From Amoebidium appalachense (taxonomy: Eukaryota; Protista; Ichthyosporea): a stretch of 64,000 nt of DNA. The DNA lies in assembly GCA_963693365.1 (NCBI GenBank), contig CAVNZM010000014.1, positions 4,588,001 through 4,652,000 on the forward strand, read 5' to 3'. Shown here one piece after another: positions 55,764 through 64,000 of the stretch (the stretch's first letter is position 1; each line of letters opens with the position of its first letter). The position numbers and the translations under genes are program-made. The notes under the pieces were generated by a model. The model was not told the DNA's origin, ran no database searches, and saw only the letters and a program-made list of their open reading frames with translations.

Positions 55764-57213
55764 CGTACTGAGTGCATAGTCTTCAGCAACAGCCTGCTTA
55801 GATGTGCCCGACACACCGTCATGATGTTGCACCAATGAAATGGCATCCTCGAGACTATCACTGGAGCACGTGGGTTGTGGACCACCTGAGACGTACTCGA
55901 GCTGTGTGTGTGTGTGTGTGTTGGGGGGGGGGGGGGGGGAGGGGACGGGATGAGGGAGGGGTGAGAGGAGAGGAGGGGGGGGGGGGGGGGGGGGTTTGAA
56001 TGCGGAACACGGTACGAAGTACGCATACACGATGAGAAGCATGGTGCAGGACACATGCAAAGGCAAACATTCAAGTATGCAACATCAGCCATGTGCACAG
56101 TATGCGTCATAAGCAGAGCCCATCCTCAGGGAGGACCCAATTCATCAATTGCGTCAGAGTTTCGACCCCTTAGCCCGACGCTCCAACTCTCCATACGACG
56201 CTCCAACTCAGACAGCAGCATCAACTGAACTTGGGCGGGTCAACCCGTCTTGATCAAAGACGAGCAGGGTTGCTTATGCAAGCAAGGTGAGCAAAATGGT
56301 GAAGATGTGTGTGCAAACTAATGCAGTGCAGCGAAAAATGCGTATGTGCTTACAGATGCACGACACAGAGCAACCATGCCCGGTTGCATGGAAGTAAAGC
56401 GGTCGAGGGGGGGGGGGGGAAGGGAAGGTGGAGTGGGTTGGTGGGTGGGAGGGAGGTTGTGTGTGTGTGTGTGCGCGCGCTTGCGTGCGTGTGTGTGTGT
56501 CTGTGTGTGTGTTTTGCCGTGGTGGTGGATGGGGAGGGCATGGGGTGATACGGAACTTTGGTGGTCAGTGACGTAGATGTGTCAGGGTGGCAAACATGCA
56601 GTAAAACACGTATGAAAATCCATCAAAACAAAACCACCAAACAAAAAAAAAAAAAAAAAAAAAAAAAACAGACGCGGAAATAATCGTGGACGTAGAGAAG
56701 ACACTTGAACCGATCCCATCCTCACAGGTATGTGTGTGTGTGTGTGTGTGTGTGGGGGGGGGGGGGTTTGAATGCGTCAAAAAGTACGAAGTACACAAGA
56801 ACAAACGGATAACACGATGCAGAATGCAAGCCATACATAAAGAGTATGCATAATAAGCAGAGCCCATCCTCAGGGGGGGCCCACGTCATCCACAGTACCC
56901 GAGTTTCGACCTATTCCCCTCGTTAACGAAACCCAACTCAGATACTGTTTCACTTGAACATGAGTAGGTCACCCGTCTTGATCAGAGACGAGCAGGGTTG
57001 CTTATGCAGGCAAGGGCAGTGGGAAAGGCCGGGGGTTAAAGTTGCAGCAGTAAGCAGAAGCAAGAAAAATATAGATAGGAACTCAGGAGACGGGGCTTCT
57101 AGGAAGCTCCCCCGTCGATACCTAAGTCGATACTTCCCTGGCTAACATACTACACCAGCTGAAAAGAATTAAGTCCCGAAGGCCACAGAATTCGTAATCA
57201 GAGGGGAAAATAT

Positions 57214-57258
<45 letters not shown>

Positions 57259-58122
57259 TGTAGTGACCCACCTGCCTGCATGCCTGCAGGTGAGCCATGC
57301 CCACACGTTCGTACAGTTTGAGGGCTGGACGGGAAGTGAAATAGCCCGTCCAGTAAGAATGCCACGAGTCAGAATACGGGAAAAAGTCGTCGGTTTTCCG
57401 AGTCCACACACCTTTTCCAGACCTGAAAAGGGGTGTGTTCGGGTTTAGACGGGGGTTTGCTGTGTAAAAATGTGGCAAACATTTTTGTTATGGAGAGCAG
57501 GTGTAACGTACAAGAAGCATGTTTGGAATACTGTGTCTGAGCCCATGATATCGACTTATGAGAGCCGGATGTCAAGAGTTGTCTTTCTAAGTATGGCAAC
57601 AGTGAGCTCCCAATTTACTAAATAAAGAATACACTTTACAGTCGAATGATGGTGTTTACAGAATCCGGCTATGCCCCAATCCCATTTTGATACAAAAACC
57701 TCAGAATGTTGTGTTTAAGTCGTCAGCGTGGTGAAGGTGGGGAGGCTGCTTTTCTGCATCTGAGAATGGAACAAGGTGAAAACGAAATTCCCATGTCCAA
57801 ATTCCCGAAACATGATTGAGGAAAAACACAGCCAAAGCGTACTGGGAAATGTAGCCACACAATGACAGATCTCGGTGGGCAGGCTGTACTTGTACATTTG
57901 AAAATGAGGAAATGAAATCTTCTATCCAAATTCCGAGAAACTTATAACCGGAAATTGCAAACAGAATTGGATTTGGGGGCTGTAGCCACCTACTTGTACA
58001 CAGCATCAATATACATCTCCGGGGTGGAGTAGAAGGCATTCACCCGGCCATCCTTGTTAGCGTAGTGGATGAGCTGGGCCATTAGGATTACGTTGTCAGA
58101 GAAGTTCTTTTTTTGTTCTTTT

Positions 58123-58157
<35 letters not shown>

Positions 58158-58359
58158 GGGGGGGGGGGGGGGGGGGGGGGGGAGGGGAGGGGGGGAGGGG
58201 AAGGGGGCGAATGCCTGTTATGTTGAGGAAAACGACATCGATAAGCAACATACTGAAAAGGAGGCATCACAGCAGGCATGCATACGAAAGAAACGTGCGG
58301 GCGAAGACTATCATCAGGGCATTTCCCGATGTGGTGGCGTGGTGGCGTGGTGGCGGTGG

Positions 58360-58443
<84 letters not shown>

Positions 58444-58576
58444 TGTAAACAGAAGAGCCTTCGAAACATTGACTCAACGACCTATCCAAACCCCACAAAA
58501 CAGAAACCAAAAAAATGTGTAGACCAGAAGCCATCGAACCCCCGACCCGCGCTGTGTGTGTGTGTGTGTGTGTGGT

Positions 58577-58616
<40 letters not shown>

Positions 58617-59681
58617 AAAGATCATGTACCTTGTCCATCTGCTTGAACCACATGATTGCATTTGAGTAAGTGAAGTCGCAGCCCATGGGGAACATGACGT
58701 TGTTGGTGCCCATGGCTGCTGCATACTGCTGTGCCTGCGCGACAAACTCGTCCACACGCGCCTGTTTTTTTTTTTTTTTTTTTTTTTTTTTTGTTTTTTT
58801 TTTTGGGGGGGGGGGGGAGGGGAGGGGGGAAGGGGGGGAGGGGGGAGGCGGGGGGGGGAGCGGAGAGAGGAGGGAGGGATACATCGAGGGAGAAGGTGAG
58901 GGAGGACGGAAGGAGGGAGGCAAGTGGGGGGGGGGGGGGGGATTATTAGCCAAGTAACAAAAAGACTGACTTCACCTGTTAGAAGAGGGCCAGCGACACC
59001 CTAGCCTCCCGTCTTTCTTCCCTCACCCATTTGTTTCCTATCACACATTTTGTTGATTTCCCCCCCCTTCTTTCTTGTTTGGTATACATACGTATATGTT
59101 CTGCTGCCATGCTAAACAACACCCTTATACTCCGAACACCCCTACAAACTTAATACTATTGCACGTGTCTACAAAACACACACTGCAACCACAGTGCATT
59201 ATAATTCCCTACCCACTACGCTTTCACTTTACTCGCTATACCTCCTTTCCCACCTCACTTCATACAGCACTATAACCCGTTCCCCCCGTTCCCCCCGTTC
59301 CCCCCCTGCCCCCCAGACATGCCAATTCCAATCCCCCTCCCCCCCCCCCCCCTCCCTACGCCACCCCCCTCCCCCTTCCTCCTCCGCCCCTCCTATTCCA
59401 ACCTTGCCTTCGCCTACTTTCCCCTGCAATGCCTCTCCTCTCCCCCCCTCCCCCCCTCCCACCCTTAGGGTTTACCCCCTATCAAATATATCGTGTACTT
59501 ATATTAAAAATACATGATTGGAAGTCACCCTACCTGTACGTTGTAGTCTTTTGACTTTGGATTGTCCACGACTGGGGTGTCGTTTTCCAGCCAGAACCCA
59601 CCGGGCGGGCAATAGTGGGAGTACATGACGGCAGTGAAGATTTCAGCCTGAAAGGGAGAAGGATTTGAGAGGCATTGTGTG

Positions 59682-59770
<89 letters not shown>

Positions 59771-60223
59771 TGTGCGTACGTGTGTGCGTGTTTGTGTTTG
59801 TGTGTAGGGATGTGTGTGTGTGTGTGTGCGTGCGTAGGCAATGTATGTCCGCGCGTGTGTTTTTGTTTGTATGTGTGTGTGTGTGCGTGTGTGTAGGTGT
59901 GTTCGTGCTTGCCGATGGATGGGTGTAGGCGGTTGGGTGGATGGGTGGATGTATTCCAACACATGCCAACCAACATGAGTCGATGCCTAGTATACATTAA
60001 CTTTGAGGACTCCTCATCAGCACTTTCGAATCACATGAACAATTTTATATGTTTACTGAATTTGTGCATGTTCTAAGCTCGTGCACACACCTGCTCTTTC
60101 AGGTTCTTGCTTGGGTCCCAAACAAACTCGAGAGTTTTCTCCCGGCGCCGTTTTGAGATGTCGTCGTGGTCAATACGGCCAAGGAAAAAGGCATCTGTGT
60201 ATTTGTGTGTGTGTTTGTTTTTT

Positions 60224-60254
<31 letters not shown>

Positions 60255-60349
60255 GCAGGAAGTGAGTGAGAGCGAGGGGGGAGAGGGGGGGGGGGGGGGG
60301 GGAGGGGGAATAGGTTGGTATGTGTCGGCTGCAAAAGGGAGGTCGGAAC

Positions 60350-60404
<55 letters not shown>

Positions 60405-60656
60405 GGGGGAAAAGGGGGTTGGTGGGGGGGTGGGAATGTCGGACGAAGCAAACAGTTGAACGGCAAAGAAGTCGACGAAGCAGAGAAAGCTGATGCACAA
60501 CAAGATGCAACATTCCTTCCAATCCCTCTCTCCTTCTCCCCCCTCCCCCCCCCCCCCACCACCATTCTCTCCTCCTCCCCCCCCCCCCCCCCTAAAGGCC
60601 CACTTCTTAGTTCCAAACCCCTGTCTCCTTCCCCCCCCCCCCCCCCCTTCTTCTAA

Positions 60657-60742
<86 letters not shown>

Positions 60743-61232
60743 TATCGGCCTCTTCTTCCCGTTTTCCGTCCTTTCCCCTAGACCGCTTTTCTTGTGCCAT
60801 CTACCTCTCACGGGCTTTTCCCATCCTCAATACCATCTACTCACTCAGTCCACTCTACGAATTTAAAACACGCATACAGATAATAACACCCGGAGAGATA
60901 GGGCGAGGGTGAGGACAAAAACATCCTGCGTTATTTTGGATACAAAGGCAAAAGACATAAAGAAAGGCATGGCTCGGGTGATAATATGCGCTCACCCGCG
61001 CCTACCTAGTAAAGTAGGGGCAGGGTTTTGTGGGGGGGGGGGAGGGGGGGGGGGGGGGGGGGCCTTACCAAAGTTCATTTGGGCAAAGAGTGCGGCCTGG
61101 ACGGAGGAGTGGCCAAATGGGTCCACGTGCCAACCAATCCGTGGCCGGATCCCAAATTCCTTAAGCAAAAAGCTGCAAGGTGATTAGTCAGCGGTTAAGT
61201 AAAAGGAGGCGAGGAGAAAACGGGAGGAAGCA

Positions 61233-61272
<40 letters not shown>

Positions 61273-61579
61273 GATTGTATGGAAGTGAGTGTGTTCTGTG
61301 CGATTGTTAGGAAGAGAGCGTCTAAATCAAATGATGCTTTGCCCCCTCCCCCCCCACCCCCTCCCCCTCCCCCTCCCCCATCCCCCCTACACACACACAT
61401 GACCGCCACCACTCTTAGCATCGTCACTTAGTTCGTTCCCCCCCGAGGGCTGATAACTCACATCATGTGACTCATTCTGCTTGCTAGGCACACCTCTCTA
61501 GGACGGGCAGGCTAAATAGAAAAGTCGGCATGTAGGTAGGGGGCGAAAGGGGGGGGGGGGGGGGGGGGGGTTGGCGGGC

Positions 61580-61615
<36 letters not shown>

Positions 61616-62146
61616 TTTTCGTTTTTTTTTTTTGTGTGTGTGTGTGTGTGTGTGTGTTTGTGTGTGAATGTTGGGGGGGCAGAGTGGGGGGGGTGATGGG
61701 CAGTGTGTGTGTGTGGGGAGGGAGGGGGGGGGGGGGGGGGGGGGGGAGGAGGGGGGGGGGAGGGGGAGGGAGGGATTTGCATACTTGTGGCCGCGGGTCA
61801 TCTGGTCGATGGTGGCCACATAGTGCACACTGGCCTCATCGTTCATGGCCCACCCTCCTGCAGACAGTACTCAGAAAATAAGACTGGGTGTACGGAATCT
61901 GGCCCACCCTCTCCTCTCCCCACCTCCCAAGTGTTTCCTTTTTCCCTCCTTCCGTCTCTGACTCCGGAGAAGAACGTGTCTGCAATATCCCCCGCCCCCC
62001 GCCCCTCCCCCTCCTCCCTCCACCCCCTGCTCCCCCACCTCCCCCCCCCCAAACACACACACACAATGCACCTCCGGTGGTCCCCCAGCGACCTGGCTCC
62101 CCCCTTCTACCCAAAAGCAGAATATCATCCCTTCCCCCCCTTCCCC

Positions 62147-62177
<31 letters not shown>

Positions 62178-62961
62178 AAAAAAAAGAAAAGAAAAAGGAA
62201 AAGTTAACCCTGCTATCCTCTCCTCCATCCTCTTCTACAAACGTAAACCAACTCCCTTTTTCCTTTTTTTTTTCTTTTTTTTCTTCACTGACCGTGAAAT
62301 GCGTTAACCAAGCACTGCCGTTTTCTCACCATCTCCCCTTCAGCCCCCCTCCCCCCCCCCCCACCACCACCACCACCACCCACCCTACTCCCCCCCCCTC
62401 CCCCCCCCCCCGCGGGAGCTACCCTTCCTTTCTTTTGAAAATTCCGTTTCACCACTGCCTATACATAGCACTAGATTGCTCGTTAAACTATACACGTTTA
62501 TGCCTAAAAGCATAAACTAAAGGCACCATGCCATTCTAGTGAGGACCCCCCCCCCCCCCCCCCCCCCCCCAACACCCACCCACACACACACGCACACAAA
62601 CAAAAAAAAAAAAAAAAAAAAAAAGAAGAAGAAAGAAAGACATACCATTGACAAACACCAACTGGCCATTTCTGACCAGATCCCTCACGATCTGTCGTGT
62701 GCCCTCCTCCTGCTCGTCCCACCAGCGGGTGAAGAAGGCCATCTCCACGTAGATGAACTTGCGGTCGGGGTTTTCCAAAAGCTGCTCGATGACTGTGTCG
62801 ATGATGTACTGCAAGGGGGTTGAGGAGAAGGGGGGTGAGTTGAAGTATAAAATAGAAAGAAAAAAAAAAGGGGGGGGGGGGGGGGGGGGAGGGGGGGAGG
62901 AGGAGGGAAAGAGCGGGCGGAGGCTGCACGTGGGTGGGTGGGTGGGTGGTGAGGAGGGGAA

Positions 62962-62995
<34 letters not shown>

Positions 62996-63982
62996 GTGAA
63001 GGGGGGGACAGGTGGAGAAAGGGCACGGATGGAAGGTTGGTCTTTGATGTTGAACTTTTTCTTTTTTCTTTCTTTGTTTTCTCTTTTTTCTTTTTTTTTT
63101 TGGAAAGGGAGGGGGAGGAGGCGGAGACGAGAAAGTCAGAAGAAGGTTTGCAAAAGGGAGGTTCTGGAGGGAAGCGGGAGGGGAGGGAGGGAGGGGGGTG
63201 GATTCGAAGTTATCACAAGAGGGAAGAGAGTCACCCTATAACTAGCCAAAAAAAGGAAATGGGAATCGGCGAGAGATCTATGAATCCGACAGTATTGGGT
63301 TCACCACAACGAAAGCAAACGAGAGGTACACACCTGCACTCCACCGCCAAACTCATTCTTCCTGAACCCATAGTAGTACTGGTCCACCGTGACCAACCAA
63401 CCAACATCATCGTGTGTGTGTGCCACAAGATGGAGGTTAATGGGTGCATTTGGATCGTAGCCAGAAGTTGTGTTGTACTTGTGGTTGATGGGCAGCTGTC
63501 TGTTGGAGGCGGGGGAGGGGGAGGTTGTAGCGGCGTTTGTTGGGGCGGTGGTTTGGCTGGCCTCCGTATAGCCGACTGTAAGCCTGAGGGCGGTGTGAGT
63601 TGATCGTGAGAGAGAGGTTGAGCGTGCCCCTCTCAGGGCTGCATGTTTGAGTCTATATGCCTCCTGGCACCGTTGAAAAAAACGCTACATACATGGGAAG
63701 AACAGAACTCGCCCCCATCCTAAAAAATGAGGTTAAGATCGTTCCTTGACGTACAAGGACGGGAAACGTTCGTGCTACTTCTCGTTCACCTTAATTAACT
63801 CCTCCCACCCTCCCCCCCACCCCCACCCCCACCGCCCCTCTCCCCCCCGCTTTGCGCTCGCATAACACAAACACACGCACACGCTTCTCTTGCTCACTAT
63901 CCTCCGGATCCTTCCGTTCCTTCTTGAGCAGTTCACTCCCCTCCATCAAACCGTGGTGTTTTGTCTTACTCTCCTGCCCCAT
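45454..63982 (-). CDS. GH38 class II alpha-mannosidase (lysosomal MAN2B1-like), more than 20 exons, 5' exons uncertain
   Basis: Exons include 63334-63575 ([13 protein letters not shown]), 62645-62810 ([15 protein letters not shown]), 61783-61860 (GWAMNDEA), 61067-61172 ([10 protein letters not shown], nucleophile Asp), 60090-60195, 59533-59647, 58630-58761 (MGCDF), ~57995-58073 (FYSTP), 57272-57423 ([16 protein letters not shown]), 55766-55901 (QHHDGVSGT), 54966-55163, 54104-54224, 53673-53789, 53139-53278, 52771-52878 (SGAYIFRP), 52205-52265, 51530-51638, 50519-50597 (FYTDANG), 49520-49683 (NYYPVN), 48909-48996 (LEVMIHRR), 48217-48374, 46901-46990 (LLRLEH), 46294-46419 and 45454-45609 ([12 protein letters not shown]). 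Exon 63883-63982 is a tentative first exon. Confidence 0.9.
47985..48187 (-). mobile_element. Poly(C)-associated element, subfamily A
   Basis: Reverse complement: poly-C | GTGGAGCGTCGTATATACGCGGGCTAAGGGG...GCATTCAAAC | poly-C. It starts about 30 nt after a mannosidase donor site, sense. Confidence 0.9.
49994..50131 (-). mobile_element. Poly(C)-associated element, subfamily B, 5'-truncated
   Basis: Near-identical to the 3' ~135 nt of the 56767-57213 copy, with C-rich flanks on both sides in element orientation. Confidence 0.85.
52920..52955 (-). mobile_element. 3' stub of the poly(C)-associated element
   Basis: Reverse complement GTATACTTGGTACTCTGTAACACTTCTAAC then poly-C, homologous to the termini of the 2905 and 56767 copies. 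Confidence 0.55.
55994..56406 (-). mobile_element. Poly(C)-associated element, longest subfamily A copy (~410 bp)
   Basis: It has the same 3' 190 nt as other A copies, extended 5' through the complete structured core to another C-run. It lies in a mannosidase intron, sense. Confidence 0.9.
56108..56279 (-). ncRNA. Putative structured RNA module of the element, subfamily A version
   Basis: Hand folding gives a closing helix CATAAGCA/TGCTTATG, a hairpin CTCGTCTT/AAGACGGG, a long stem GTCTGAGTT/AACTCAGAC (one A>T change in this copy), a pseudoknot TGACCC/GGGTCG and a hairpin GGGTCC/GGGCTC. Confidence 0.55.
56767..57213 (-). mobile_element. Poly(C)-associated element, longest subfamily B copy (~445 bp)
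   Basis: It is bounded by G-runs on the + strand, ends ...GACGCATTCAAAC-polyC, and shares mainly the structured core and terminus with subfamily A. Confidence 0.85.
56853..57007 (-). ncRNA. Putative structured RNA module of the element, subfamily B version
   Basis: Same topology as subfamily A with different sequence: a 14-bp stem ACAGTATCTGAGTT/AACTCGGGTACTGT, a pseudoknot TGACCTA/TAGGTCG and a hairpin GGGCCC/GGGCTC. Confidence 0.55.
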
Positions 63983-64000
63983 TTTTGAGTTGTGTTTGCT

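Noticed and set aside
56140-56250. HDV-like ribozyme (GGCTAAGGG resembles J4/2-P2)
   Set aside because: There is no P3/L3 consensus or upstream P1 strand, and subfamily B lacks the would-be catalytic C (GGGGAATAGG).
56108-56279. Canonical hammerhead ribozyme in the element (CTGAGGA and CGAAAC present)
   Set aside because: The order and helices do not form the three-way junction. CUGANGA does not precede the strand that pairs next to GAAA, no stem I forms, and the candidate GUC is GCC in several copies.
55994-56406. Fanzor/TnpB omega-RNA or IS200/IS605 right end (terminus contains TTCAA)
   Set aside because: No nuclease or transposase ORF or defined left end is present in the window, and subfamily C ends in TTCTAAAC. 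It is not excluded genome-wide but is unsupported here.

Overview
This is a eukaryotic, very intron-rich window, probably from a unicellular opisthokont (inferred from protein similarity only). Introns are full of poly-C/poly-G runs and (CA)n/(GA)n microsatellites, so nearly all ORFs in the supplied track are repeat artefacts and real genes had to be assembled exon by exon. Genes: PP4 catalytic subunit (-, runs off the left edge), head-to-head with a 20-exon pantothenate kinase-DUF89 phosphatase fusion (+); a convergent pair of frameshifted F-box/LRR paralogues with an orphan DnaJ exon between them; a 4-exon mitochondrial-type DnaJ gene (+); a single-exon coiled-coil/WD40 gene (-); and a GH38 alpha-mannosidase of more than 20 exons (-). 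The main unexplained signal is a dispersed element at about 13 loci in 3 subfamilies. It has a fixed 3' end running into poly(C), a variably truncated 5' end usually starting at another C-run, and sense orientation in every host intron. It carries a ~150-170 nt pseudoknotted RNA fold with compensatory changes between subfamilies, making it a candidate poly(C)-targeting retroelement with an unrecognised structured RNA. Other patterns are C-runs just after 5' splice sites, (CA)n, poly-C or poly-A in place of U-rich tracts before 3' splice sites, and repeated local copies of exon/splice-site sequence.
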